DNA from: Candidatus Binataceae bacterium
GTDB taxonomy: Bacteria > Desulfobacterota > Binatia > Binatales > Binataceae
Direction: 5' to 3'
DNA length: 64,000 nucleotides
Assembly (NCBI GenBank): GCA_035524095.1
Contig: DATKPK010000046.1
Coordinates: 5,078-69,077, forward strand
Part shown: positions 28,668 through 38,132 of the stretch, one piece after another
How positions within the stretch are numbered: the first letter of the stretch is position 1
Layout of the letters: each line of letters begins with the position of its first letter
The notes under the pieces: model-generated
Database searches by the model: none
Told to the model about the DNA's origin: nothing
What the model saw: only the letters and a program-made list of their open reading frames with translations
Program-made: the position numbers and the translations under genes

Positions 28668-30230
28668 ATGCCTAGCGACGAAACCGCCAAGGTTCCTGAG
28701 GACAACGGCGCACTCACACGACCCGGTTTACCCCGTCATTTTCATCTCTTGTGGGACGAAGATCTCGAAGAGATGCAAGGCATATTCGCTGTGATCCGCG
28801 ATCGGCGAAATGAAGTAGTTGCCGATTGGTACCAACTCTACACGCTTCATTTCGGGGATGCTCGAACGCTCTCCGAGGCCGAATTCTTTAAGATCTTCGA
28901 ACCCGCCATCTTCCGCAACAAAAGTGATCTCATGGAAAAAAACATGGATCGTTACGCGGAAGACGTGCGCAGTCTTGGAGAAGCGCTGGCTGAACGGGGT
29001 GTGCCGTTGCAGGAGATCATCGCCTCACTGCAGCTTTTCGAACAAGCGGCCTTAAGGGTTTTTCCGCCCGGCTCGTCACAGACGCTCGATGTCTATACTA
29101 AATTCGACCAACTTAGTCATATTCGCATAATTTTGTTGGTTGATGCCTATTTTCGGTCCTTAAGCGCGGCGCAGGGGGCCCGGATTAAAGGCCTGGAACA
29201 CGAGGCCGCGCGCTTATCTCACGACCAGCGTGCTCACTTCCATGGGATTGTCGGTGGGTCATCACCTATGCGGACGCTTTACCAGCGAATCGACGCAGCC
29301 AGCCGAACACGCGGCACGGTGCTTATCGTTGGTGAGAGTGGCTCCGGCAAGGAACTGGTGGCGCGCGCGCTCCACGAGGCGGGGCCACGTCAAAGCACGC
29401 CCTTCGTCGCTTTCAATTGCGCAGCGATCCCTGAGGATTTGATTGAAAGCGAATTGTTCGGCTACCGGCGCGGGGCTTTCAGCGGAGCCAACACAGAGTA
29501 TTCGGGACTGTTCCGGGCGGCAGAAGGCGGAACGCTGTTCCTTGACGAAATTACCGAGATGAGCGCGGAGACGCAGGCCAAGCTCTTACGTGCGATCCAG
29601 GAGCATGCCGTGCGACCGGTCGGGTCTACACGCGAAATATCAGTAGATGTTCGACTGATTGCGTCGACCAACCGTGATCCCGAAGATGCGGTACGTAATC
29701 ACGTCCTTCGCCAAGACCTCTATTATCGGCTTCAGGCTAACGTCTTGCGTGTTCCCCCGTTGCGGGAGCGCCTCGACGACGTTCCCCTGCTGGTTGAGCA
29801 TTTCATTACGTTGTTCAATGAGCAACTCGGCCGTGACACCGTCACGGAAGGTATCGAGCAGCGCGCACTGGCTTCGATGTGCGAATACCAATGGCCGGGT
29901 AATGTTCGTGAACTGGCTAACGCGATAGAAGGAGCGATGACTTTCGGGAGAGGTGCGTTGATCGGACTGGCTGATCTTGCGCCATCCATCAGCCAGCACG
30001 AATCGCTAACTCCGGCTTCCAATTCGATTCTTCCGGCTGCTGCGATTGCAAACCGCACCCTGAACTCGGCCCTCGGCACCTTTGCCGACGTCGAACGTGA
30101 TCTCATCCTGCGAGCACTCAAAGCCTGCGACTGGAACAAGGTGCACGCCGCGTCAATGCTAAAGATCTCGCGTAAGAAATTGTACGCGAAGATCAGCAAG
30201 TATCGGCTCGGTGAGTCAGACGAGCAATAG
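28668..30230 (+). CDS. sigma-54-dependent transcriptional activator (enhancer-binding protein) with non-receiver N-terminal sensor domain
   Basis: 520 aa. AAA+ sigma-54 interaction domain (GESGSGKELVARALH, ESELFGY, GAFSGA, FLDEI) and a C-terminal Fis-type HTH (KVHAASMLKISRKKLYAKI). The N-terminal ~190 aa lack the receiver Asp pocket and resemble a helical sensor domain. Confidence 0.85.
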   Translation: MPSDETAKVPEDNGALTRPGLPRHFHLLWDEDLEEMQGIFAVIRDRRNEVVADWYQLYTLHFGDARTLSEAEFFKIFEPAIFRNKSDLMEKNMDRYAEDVRSLGEALAERGVPLQEIIASLQLFEQAALRVFPPGSSQTLDVYTKFDQLSHIRIILLVDAYFRSLSAAQGARIKGLEHEAARLSHDQRAHFHGIVGGSSPMRTLYQRIDAASRTRGTVLIVGESGSGKELVARALHEAGPRQSTPFVAFNCAAIPEDLIESELFGYRRGAFSGANTEYSGLFRAAEGGTLFLDEITEMSAETQAKLLRAIQEHAVRPVGSTREISVDVRLIASTNRDPEDAVRNHVLRQDLYYRLQANVLRVPPLRERLDDVPLLVEHFITLFNEQLGRDTVTEGIEQRALASMCEYQWPGNVRELANAIEGAMTFGRGALIGLADLAPSISQHESLTPASNSILPAAAIANRTLNSALGTFADVERDLILRALKACDWNKVHAASMLKISRKKLYAKISKYRLGESDEQ

Positions 30231-30453
30231 CTGGTCTGGTGACACTTTGAATCCAGGCAGTTCTCAATCAATCCTAGATCGTTCGTAAAACTTCTTGGCT
30301 GATTCCAGCGGCGACAGCAGACTGTGTCGGATTGCGCCATCGCCCCCAGTCGCAAATCCACGCGAGGCCTCTCATCAATGAGGATTTGGTGCGCTAGCTC
30401 CCGTTTGCGCCAGGTTTGAAGAAGCAAGCCTGCGTGGCCTCCCGTTACAATGG

Positions 30454-30469
30454 CGGCATGGCAAATGCT
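30454..30469 (+). promoter_or_regulatory. candidate sigma-54 (-24/-12) promoter
   Basis: cGGCAT-GGCAA-ATGCT has GG at 30455-56 and GC at 30467-68, exactly 12 nt apart, matching TGGCAC-N5-TTGCW. It lies about 50 nt upstream of the 30520 start codon and directly downstream of the activator gene. Confidence 0.45.
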
Positions 30470-30519
30470 CTCTCTTCAGTTCGCAAGTAGATTAGAGAGC
30501 ACGGAGCTTTGATACCAAC

Positions 30520-31170
30520 ATGAACCGAGACTTTGAAATTAAGCAACTGCTGCGCGCCTTTCGTGGTGGGATCATGAGCGAAGCGGCCTTCGAAGAGGAA
30601 ATAACCCGCCTTGAACACGAATCCGCCGGGCAAGATCAAACTTCGAATCCACCGCCGTTCGAAGCATGCGGAAGATCGTATCGATCAGAGCGTGATGGTG
30701 TGCTCAGCTTCCTTGACGAATTGCATGCCGCGCAGATGGATTCGGCAGTAGGGTTTGCAAAATGGTCGGCGGTATGCCGAACGAAAGGTCTGCGGACGGG
30801 ACTGCTGGTCGCAGCCGAACGAGCCGCCTATCATACGCGTATTATTCAGCGTCGCATGCACGAACTAGCCGGCGAGCTGCACGCTACCACCAGCGAGCAA
30901 GGCCAGCGGCTGATAGAGGTCCTCGCGAACAGTCAAATTTCAGATGTCGAAAAGCTGGCGGCGCTGGCCCCGATGATTCAGGAACCACAACGCTCCATCG
31001 CGCCCCTACTAGCGTTCGCCGCAGCACTCGCTAACGATCTTGAGACGAAACAGGCGTTGCGCCTGATCGCGGAAGACGAATTGTCAACCGCGAGCTGGCT
31101 GCAGGAAGTTTACGGCGCGATGACGACGATGCAACCTAATGCTACGGCGGCTCCGGCGCCGCAGCAATGA
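30520..31170 (+). CDS. conserved hypothetical protein with SHOCT-like N-terminal motif (paralogue A)
   Basis: 216 aa. DFEIKQLLRAFRGGIMSEAAFEEEI resembles the SHOCT motif; the remainder is helical with conserved YRSER, AER..YH and ETKQALRLIAEDELS..WL blocks. GGAG lies 14 nt upstream of the ATG. Confidence 0.6.
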   Translation: MNRDFEIKQLLRAFRGGIMSEAAFEEEITRLEHESAGQDQTSNPPPFEACGRSYRSERDGVLSFLDELHAAQMDSAVGFAKWSAVCRTKGLRTGLLVAAERAAYHTRIIQRRMHELAGELHATTSEQGQRLIEVLANSQISDVEKLAALAPMIQEPQRSIAPLLAFAAALANDLETKQALRLIAEDELSTASWLQEVYGAMTTMQPNATAAPAPQQ

Positions 31171-31184
31171 TTAGGGAGTACACC

Positions 31185-31400
31185 GTGGCGAAGCGGTCCC
31201 GTAAAAAACTACCCAAAACGGACATTATCGATGCTGTCGTTCAGGATGCCGAACTGACCGTCGAGCAGGTTGAAACGGTGGTCAAAGAGGCCGCGGAGTC
31301 GGCTGGAAGAGCGCTGACTAAAGTCATCAAACCAAAGGAGATGGCGCCAGGATCAGCCCCACTCGCAGAAGACCAGCGTTTCAAGGTTCCTTCGGAATAG
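31185..31400 (+). CDS. small HU/IHF N-terminal-helix-like protein (no beta-arm), hypothetical
   Basis: 71 aa from a GTG 6 nt after AGGGAG; the ORF track starts at the ATG at 31167, which overlaps the upstream stop by 4 nt. KTDIIDAVVQDAELTVEQVETVVKEAAESAGRAL mirrors the HU N-terminal helices (MNKTELIDAIAEKAELSKKDAKAALEA) but the DNA-binding arm is absent. Confidence 0.4.
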   Translation: MAKRSRKKLPKTDIIDAVVQDAELTVEQVETVVKEAAESAGRALTKVIKPKEMAPGSAPLAEDQRFKVPSE

Positions 31401-31457
31401 TCCTCACTTCGATCCATCATACTGCGGCATCTCGCAACCGGATCATTCCGAGCCGTA

Positions 31458-31649
31458 TTAGGCATTGCGGGGTCTCCTGGTGATTTCATTGCGATGGGTC
31501 ATCTTTTTGAAAATTGCCATCACGATTCGATAGAACTGCATGCCATTTGCATAAGGGTACTCTTCGCGCGCGACAGCCTTGGCGTGTTCCCAAGCGATTT
31601 CATCTTCAGGGGTTTTAACGACGTTGACAGGCATCACACGGTACTTCAA
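31458..31649 (-). CDS. small hypothetical protein
   Basis: 63 aa ORF 28 nt downstream of the CoA-transferase gene on the same strand. No recognisable family. Confidence 0.3.
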   Translation of the reverse strand: MKYRVMPVNVVKTPEDEIAWEHAKAVAREEYPYANGMQFYRIVMAIFKKMTHRNEITRRPRNA

Positions 31650-31677
31650 AAGGCTTTCTGACTTGCCGGCCGTCCCC

Positions 31678-32988
31678 TCAAAGGTAGCCCAATGCCTTTG
31701 CTTGTTCTGTTAATTCATTTCTGAATTTCGGATGAGCGATTGCGATCATGGCTTCGGCCCGCTCGGCTGTTGATTTGCCCCTCAAGTTAGCAACCCCGTA
31801 TTCAGTGACTACATATTGGACCTCAGCTCTGGGATCTGTAGTTGGCCCCACAATCTTCGGCACAATGCGCGACACCGAACCGTTCTTAGCTGTCGAATAA
31901 GCGGTCAAAATCGATCTACCTTCCTTCGACAGTTGTGCCCCACGGACGAAATCCAACTGGCCACCGGGAGCGCTATACTGTACTTCTCCAATTGCCTCGG
32001 AGTTAACCTCACCATCGAGGCCGACTTCAAGAAAGCCACTGATCGATATCATTCGATCGTTCCGCCCAATAACATTCGGATCATTCACGAAATCGACGGA
32101 ATAAGCTTCCATGCTCGAGTTGTCGTTCAAGAAGCTGTAGAACTTCTTATCTCCTGCGGCGAGTGTATAGACGTTTTTGTAAGGTCGCACATTCTTGAAT
32201 TTGTTTGTGATAACTCCTGCTTCTATGAGAGCTGCGACCGGCGGCGTCATAAGTTCGGTGTGAATCCCAAGGTCTCTGTGATTCATGAGCTCGGCACACA
32301 CCGCGTTGGGAACTGCACCGACGCCGATTTGCAGCGTTCCGCGGTCTGGGACCAACTCAGCGATCAGCTTGCCAATCCTGCGATCGGCCTCCGTGGGCGC
32401 TCGCATCGGCAGCTCTGCCAGCGGACTCTCGTGCTCAACGATCGCCGTTACGTCCGATAGATGAATTGCAGAATCACCAAAGGTTCGTGGCATTTGCGGA
32501 TTCACTTCGACAATTAGCCGCTTGGCGATTCTCGCTGTCGGAATCGTATAGTCCGCGTTGGTGCCACAACTGAAAAAGCCACCCTTGTCCATCGGCGCGA
32601 CCTGAACCATGAACGTATCAATCCCGATGTCAGCCAGGATTGCAGGCATCGCGCTGAAGTTTCCCGGCATATAAAAGATCACTTGCCGATGCTCTTCACG
32701 GCCCCTTCGTGCCAGCAGGCGCTCAACGACGGTGGGAAAAAACGGATGCGGTTTGACAACGTTTAGATATTCATATTTCAAGATTGTCTGTGCAGCCGCC
32801 GCCACCGAATGAGAGTAATAAACCTTCAGCTCCTGAATAGTACCGGCTTTGATCCGGCTTTCCAGAGCTTCGAGCAAGCAAGGCGGTTCGCTGATCGCCA
32901 TTCCCATCGATAGCGTTCCGCGAGACGGTATCAGCCGGACTGCTTGCTCGGCCGTCATCAACTTCGATTGATATTCTTGGGCATACAT
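31678..32988 (-). CDS. acetyl-CoA hydrolase/transferase family protein (4-hydroxybutyrate CoA-transferase-like)
   Basis: 436 aa; N-terminal MTAEQAVRLIPSRGTLSMGMAISEPPCLLEAL, an internal GxGGxxD-like segment and a C-terminal AcetylCoA_hyd_C-like region. Confidence 0.8.
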   Translation of the reverse strand: MYAQEYQSKLMTAEQAVRLIPSRGTLSMGMAISEPPCLLEALESRIKAGTIQELKVYYSHSVAAAAQTILKYEYLNVVKPHPFFPTVVERLLARRGREEHRQVIFYMPGNFSAMPAILADIGIDTFMVQVAPMDKGGFFSCGTNADYTIPTARIAKRLIVEVNPQMPRTFGDSAIHLSDVTAIVEHESPLAELPMRAPTEADRRIGKLIAELVPDRGTLQIGVGAVPNAVCAELMNHRDLGIHTELMTPPVAALIEAGVITNKFKNVRPYKNVYTLAAGDKKFYSFLNDNSSMEAYSVDFVNDPNVIGRNDRMISISGFLEVGLDGEVNSEAIGEVQYSAPGGQLDFVRGAQLSKEGRSILTAYSTAKNGSVSRIVPKIVGPTTDPRAEVQYVVTEYGVANLRGKSTAERAEAMIAIAHPKFRNELTEQAKALGYL

Positions 32989-33103
32989 TCAATTAGACTT
33001 TTCGATTAGAAACGGCGAGAACGCACCTGTTATCGGTATGCCTCACGGGCAGAAACTGGCCGGCGCTTTTTCGGGCCGTTGTGTCGTCTTCATTTGAAGG
33101 CTT

Positions 33104-33562
33104 TCATGATTTCTTTTCGGATTTACCGTGGCTTGTGCCGCGTATCGTCAAAACCGGGCAACCAGCCTTGCGCACTACTCCTTCGGCCACACTTCCAAGA
33201 ACGAGATGTGCGATTCCTCCACGACCGTGTGTCGCGATAACCACGAGATCCGGTTGATACTTCTGCTGCGCGTCAAGAATGCAGGTGACGATGTCGCCGG
33301 TGTACAAAAGCGATTCATGCTTCAGCCCACTCAGTTTCGACTTCGCGATATCTTCAAGCTTGGCTCGGGCGGCTTTCTCCTGATCTTCATAGAGTGCGCG
33401 CGGCGGTGGGATTTCACCTAAGGCGACGACGAGCGGCAAAACATGCATCAAGATGAGAGTGCTCTTGAAGTGACTCGCAAGCTCGATAGCTCTGTCGAGT
33501 GCGGCCACAGAATTGTCGTCGAAGTCGATCGGGCAGAGAATGCTTTTGAATGGAAACGTCAT
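33104..33562 (-). CDS. universal stress protein (UspA family)
   Basis: 152 aa; ILCPIDFDDNS N-terminus and a C-terminal ATP-binding GSVAEGVVRKAGCPVLTIR. Confidence 0.8.
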   Translation of the reverse strand: MTFPFKSILCPIDFDDNSVAALDRAIELASHFKSTLILMHVLPLVVALGEIPPPRALYEDQEKAARAKLEDIAKSKLSGLKHESLLYTGDIVTCILDAQQKYQPDLVVIATHGRGGIAHLVLGSVAEGVVRKAGCPVLTIRGTSHGKSEKKS

Positions 33563-33631
33563 GATCGATTTCCTTCCTTGAAGGTCTCTATTGTTTCAAT
33601 TTCTATGCTGCAGCCGTCACGCTTTCTCCCG

Positions 33632-33805
33632 TCACCGGTTGAGCGGGATCAGATCATCGATCCATTCTTCGGCGTCTGCACGCCGTGCAAAATTGCCTTC
33701 CAGCTTCTGGTCCTGCCAGAATACTTCCCAACGCCCGGTGTCGGGGTTTAGAAGGATAATGTAGCCGTAAAGCTGTGTAGAACTCTCGTTGTGCTCATTA
33801 CGCAT
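33632..33805 (-). CDS. unlisted small ORF (57 aa), hypothetical
   Basis: My translation of the minus strand gives MRNEHNESSTQLYGYIILLNPDTGRWEVFWQDQKLEGNFARRADAEEWIDDLIPLNR*, which reads like a compact folded domain. It is below the ORF-track length cutoff and sits directly upstream of the uspA gene on the same strand. Confidence 0.3.
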   Translation of the reverse strand: MRNEHNESSTQLYGYIILLNPDTGRWEVFWQDQKLEGNFARRADAEEWIDDLIPLNR

Positions 33806-34209
33806 TGGACTTTGCCGCTACTCCAGTCGCTTCAGACCTAACCAGCAACAGGTCGCTGGGTCGCATTATTCATTCCACGTCAGAAATTCCGTACATCAGA
33901 CTCCCTCGGTTGAGCAACTGTAGCGAAAAGGCGCAGAGGCTAACCGGGGAGTGTCGCCTTCGGGCGCACGCGATCTGATTCGAAGGACCAATGACCCTAA
34001 TATCAGCGGAGCTTTGCGACCGCAGGGCTTAAGTGCGAACGGCATGAATCTGGCTGTTCAGCCATTTTGCGAGCGGAAGCTGACAAGGTGAAGCCCGTAC
34101 CGACGCATTGTAAACACGCGCCCGGAAAAGTACCGATGCAAGTCGCAACTTCGAAAGGCGGAGGAGCGGGCTCGAAGCTAATATTGCAAGAAACTTTCTA
34201 GTCTCCTGG

Positions 34210-34658
34210 ATGAAGTTACAAGGAAGTTTTGTGATGGAAAAGCTGCAGGTACGCGATCTTATGACGCCAGACGTAACGACGCTCAAGCGAGATGACAGGC
34301 TCACGATAGCCGACGACATTATGCAACTCGGGCGCATTCGCCATCTACCGGTTACCGACGATGACGATGAGAGTGAATTAGTTGGGATAATAAATCAGCG
34401 CGATCTGTTTCGCGGTGCGTTGGCCCAGGCGCTTGGCTATGGGGAACACGGCCGGCGGATGATTCTCGATACGTTACTAGTCAACGATGTAATGGCTACC
34501 GAGGTGATTACGACTAGTCCCGATACTCTGTTAGTTAATGCAGCGCGCACCTTTCCGAGAAGAAGATAGGCTGTCTTCCCGTAATTGAGAAAGGAAGGCT
34601 GGTTGGAATATTGACCGAGGGAGATTTCGTAGCGCTGTTCGCCCGTGGAACCTTCTAG
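34210..34658 (+). pseudogene. CBS-pair domain gene with a frameshift
   Basis: Frame 1 reads a CBS domain up to NAARTFPRRR*. The rest of the second CBS motif (LSEKKIGCLPVIEKGRLVGILTEGDFVALFARGTF*) continues in another frame to 34658. The shift falls in an AGAAGAAGA tract near 34550. Confidence 0.55.
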
Positions 34659-34663
34659 CAAGA

Positions 34664-35284
34664 ATGGCAAGAATGAGACCAGAAATGATCGTCACCGAAT
34701 TAATGACCCCAAACCCGCTGATGGTCACACCAAGGGATAGTTTGGAGCTAGCACGCGCGAAGATGGAAGCCGGGAAGTTCCGGCAACTCCCGGTGGTCGA
34801 CCAAGGACAACTGGTTGGCATAGTCACTGATCGCGACCTGCGCCGGCATATCGGCCAACTCGCGCACACACGTGTGGATGCCGTAATGACGGCGCACCCC
34901 TATTCGGTCCACCCCACCACACCGGTCGAGGAGGCGGCTGAGCTTCTTATAGTAAATAAATTCGGTAGCCTTCCTGTTACAGACGAAAATGGCAAGTTAG
35001 TCGGCATCATAACCGCCACCGATATGCTGCGGGCGCTAACGGCGATATTGGGCGCTGCTTCAGATGGAAGTTCCAGAATTGATCTCGACGTCAAAGGCTC
35101 CGGCGAGATTTCAGCGGCGACTGGCTTGGTGCAAACGATCTGCTCACTGCGTGGTATTGGTACTTATCGCCGAGGCAATTCTGAGAGCGAGATTCTATAT
35201 ATGCGGGTTCCTTCGGCCAGCGCGCAACTGGCCGCCAGTACGTTGAAAGAATACGGGTTTAGGGTTCTTGCCGTCCATGCTTGA
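34664..35284 (+). CDS. CBS-pair plus C-terminal ACT-like domain protein
   Basis: 206 aa; two CBS motifs (FRQLPVVDQGQLVGIVTDRDL; GSLPVTDENGKLVGIITATDM), then about 70 aa ACT-like. Confidence 0.7.
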   Translation: MARMRPEMIVTELMTPNPLMVTPRDSLELARAKMEAGKFRQLPVVDQGQLVGIVTDRDLRRHIGQLAHTRVDAVMTAHPYSVHPTTPVEEAAELLIVNKFGSLPVTDENGKLVGIITATDMLRALTAILGAASDGSSRIDLDVKGSGEISAATGLVQTICSLRGIGTYRRGNSESEILYMRVPSASAQLAASTLKEYGFRVLAVHA

Positions 35285-35412
35285 AAGGTCCTAGGGTTCC
35301 GAGGGTGGCTCTACTGCTGACGAACGCTCCCGATTATGGCTCGCGCTTTGCCGCCTTTTCCATAGCTGATCACATTCATAAAACGTTGAAGCACCAGCAT
35401 CGAGGAGGCTAG

Positions 35413-36200
35413 CTTCAATTCCGCTCCCTCCGCGGTGAAATCGTGAAATCGAATCCGAATCTGGAACAAGCCAAGCTGGACGAGCTGATTGAGCGCTTGA
35501 GCGAAATCAGGCGAGCACTGACCGATGCCGAGGCCACTCTTAAAAGTGGACTTGACGGCATCCACCCAATCTACTAGAAAAGCGCGCGCAAGCTCATGCA
35601 TTATGTCGCCTTGCGCCATCGCGGCATACGCCCTCTCCAACGGGAGCTAGCTGAATTAAGACTTTCATCGCTGGGGCGAGCGGAAGCTCACGTGATGGCA
35701 ACGGTCGCCTCAGTGCTCGCTGCAGTTCATGGCTTGGCTGGACGAACGTGGCAGCCTTTGCCGTGCGAACTTGATTTTCTGGAAGGCAATATGCTGCTGC
35801 GCGAACACACTGAGACTTTGATCGGGCCAAGTCCAGAGCAAAGGGCTGAGCGAATTATGGCGACAATGCCGAGCGAGACAAGCTGCGAAACTCAGCATTG
35901 ATTCGCTAAGCCCGAAAGACCTCGAAGATCTCGAGGTGGTCACTAAGTACGCTGACATTGTTCGGATGTCGTTCGTGCGTGAGGCTCGCAACCTCGAGGC
36001 GCTCGAGCCTATCTAACACGGCTCGGCCGTCCTGATCTCGGAATCCTGCTTAAGATAGAAACGCGGAAAGCGTTTGGCAATTTCCGGTTGCTCTTCGCTT
36101 GCTGTGATGCACCGGACGGCGGGTGTCATGATCGCGCGCGGTGATCTGGCCGTTGAATGCGGTTATAAACGAATGGCAGAGATTCTAGAGGAGATCCTTT
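35413..36200 (+). pseudogene. pyruvate-kinase family (PK barrel) gene remnant with frameshifts and internal deletions
   Basis: PK-like pieces appear in three frames. TLIGPSPEQRAERIMA resembles the N-terminal KIVCTLGPA region. LSPKDLEDLEVVTKYADIVRMSFVREARNLEAL matches LSEKD.EDL....G.D...SFVR.A.DV. LLKIETRKAFGNF...ARGDLAVECGYKRMAEILEEIL matches KIE...NFDEIL..SDGIMVARGDLGVE. About 180 codons are missing between the first and second pieces, and the C-terminal domain is absent; the remnant ends against fabI. Confidence 0.4.
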
Positions 36201-36206
36201 TCGGCT

Positions 36207-36977
36207 CTACCCTATGATATGCGTACCGCAATCGACAAACGTAATATTGCCAGTAATGTGGCGTGCCGCATCGCTTACCAGAAAAGCCGCCATTGCTCCC
36301 ACGTCGTCAGTGCTGAGCGGTTTTTCGTGGAGAGGTGACTTTCGCTGCGCCTCGCGCAGCAGCTCCTCGAAATCGGCCAGCCCTCCCGCCGCCCGTGTTA
36401 GAATAGGGCCCGGCGACAGAGCGTTGACACGGATATGGCTCTTGCCCATTTCCGCCGCGAGGTACTTGACCACACCTTCCAGCGCCGATTTGACTGGCCC
36501 CATTATGTTGTAGTGCTCGACGACTTGTTCTGCGCCGTAGTTGCTCGTGGTGAGCAGGCAACCTCCTGCAGTCATCAGCGGCTCGGCGAAGTGCGCCATG
36601 CGGACGAACGAATAGCAGGAGATATCCATTGCGGTCAGAAACCCTTGGCGTGAACAGTCTGCCACGCGGCCCTGCAAATCTTCTTTCGGCGCGAAAGCAA
36701 TAGCATGTAGCAGAAAGTCGAGCTTCTCCCACTTGGCTTTGACGGCATTAAATACGGCTTCGATCTGCGCGTCGTCGCGCACCTCCAGCGGAAGAATGAT
36801 TGATGCTCCCAACTGCTGCGCCAGTGGGCGCACATAGGGTTCCGCCTTCGCGTTCAGATAGGTGATGGCAAGCTCCGCGCCTTCAGCCTGAAATGCTTTG
36901 GCGCAGCCCCACGCGATCGAATGCTCATTGGCGATGCCGACGACCAGCCCTTTTTTGCCCGCGAGCGATTGGGTCAT
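36207..36977 (-). CDS. fabI: enoyl-[acyl-carrier-protein] reductase (NADH)
   Basis: GKKGLVVGIANEHSIAWGCAKAFQAEGAELAITY N-terminus and a catalytic Y/K region; length about 256 aa from MTQSLAG. Confidence 0.85.
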   Translation of the reverse strand: MTQSLAGKKGLVVGIANEHSIAWGCAKAFQAEGAELAITYLNAKAEPYVRPLAQQLGASIILPLEVRDDAQIEAVFNAVKAKWEKLDFLLHAIAFAPKEDLQGRVADCSRQGFLTAMDISCYSFVRMAHFAEPLMTAGGCLLTTSNYGAEQVVEHYNIMGPVKSALEGVVKYLAAEMGKSHIRVNALSPGPILTRAAGGLADFEELLREAQRKSPLHEKPLSTDDVGAMAAFLVSDAARHITGNITFVDCGTHIIG

Positions 36978-37088
36978 AACGCGTTTCTCAGTTCCTGGTC
37001 TGTCAGACACGCGGTGATGTTGGACATGCCGAACTCCTTTTCCTAGGACCGCAAAAGCCGACAGGCAATCGAGATATCTCCCTTTGGG

Positions 37089-37976
37089 TCAATTCATCAA
37101 TTTTCGTGCGAGGAACTCGCGAATCGCGCTCGCAATCTCGCCGACATGCGTCTCGAGCGCAAAATGGCCAGTATCATAAAAGTGAATCTCGGCGTCGGGA
37201 TTATCACGCGTAAACGCCTGCGCGCCAGCGGGCAGGAAGAACGGGTCGGTCTTGCCCCACACGGCGAGCGTAGGCGGGCGCCGCGCTCGGAAAAACTCCT
37301 GGAACTTCGGATAAAGTGCGACGTTACTGGCGTAGTCAAGGAAAAGATCGAGCTGGATATCTTCGTTCCCCGGATGTGCCAAGAGCGCCGAGTCAAGCGA
37401 ATAGGACTCCGGCGCTAGCAGCGCATCGTCGGTCACACCGTGCTGGTATTGGAGTTTGGTAGCTTCGGGCGTAAGAAAGCCACGAAGTGCTGCGCGATTG
37501 GCGGCAGTGGGATCTTTCCAGTACTTCTGAATCGGATTCCAACCTTCGCTCAATCCTTCTTCGTAGGCGTTGCCATTTTGCGAGATAATAGCGGTGATGC
37601 GTTCAGGATGTTTCAGTGCGAGGCGGAAACCAACCGGCGCGCCGTAATCAAAAACATATATCGCGAAAGGCCCAAGCGCGATCGTATGCGTGAAATCGTC
37701 GATGACATCCGCAAGATTGTCGAAAGTATACTTGAATGACGCGCGGTCCGGCCCTTCCGTGAAGCCGAAGCCCGGCAGGTCGGGAGCGACCAGACGGTAC
37801 CGATCGGCGAGCAGCGGGATCAGCCCACGGAACATGTGCGACGAAGTCGGAAAGCCGTGGAGCAGTAGCAGAGCGGGAGCGTCCGTCTCCCCGGCCTCGC
37901 GATAAAAAATTTTCATCCCACGCACGCTCGCTTTACGATAATGCACTGGCGGCGAAGATATCTGAGCGCTATTCAT
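37089..37976 (-). CDS. alpha/beta hydrolase (epoxide hydrolase / haloalkane dehalogenase-like)
   Basis: LLLLHGFPTSSHMFRGLIPLLADRYRLVAPDLPGFGFT, a nucleophile-elbow region, and a C-terminal DTGHFALETH (the His of the triad). Confidence 0.75.
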   Translation of the reverse strand: MNSAQISSPPVHYRKASVRGMKIFYREAGETDAPALLLLHGFPTSSHMFRGLIPLLADRYRLVAPDLPGFGFTEGPDRASFKYTFDNLADVIDDFTHTIALGPFAIYVFDYGAPVGFRLALKHPERITAIISQNGNAYEEGLSEGWNPIQKYWKDPTAANRAALRGFLTPEATKLQYQHGVTDDALLAPESYSLDSALLAHPGNEDIQLDLFLDYASNVALYPKFQEFFRARRPPTLAVWGKTDPFFLPAGAQAFTRDNPDAEIHFYDTGHFALETHVGEIASAIREFLARKLMN

Positions 37977-38132
37977 GAGGCTTGTCTCCTTTTGATTCTT
38001 GCTAACGGGTCGCGTACGGAACCTGGGCATAGCCACCAATCACTCTTGCAGGGTATGTGATGAACTGGTTTCCCTATGCCCAGAGCGCACTTGAATGAAG
38101 CCGATTCAGTTGCGCGGCTGTCAGACGCGTCG

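Noticed and set aside
30300-30380. Imperfect palindrome CGACAGCAGACTGTGTCG as an enhancer (UAS) for the sigma-54 activator
   Set aside because: It is only a partial dyad (5-bp arms). The evidence is too weak without a motif search across the regulon.
35311-35640. 109-aa minus-strand ORF
   Set aside because: It is antisense to the pyruvate-kinase remnant and has no family signal. It is likely spurious in GC-rich DNA.
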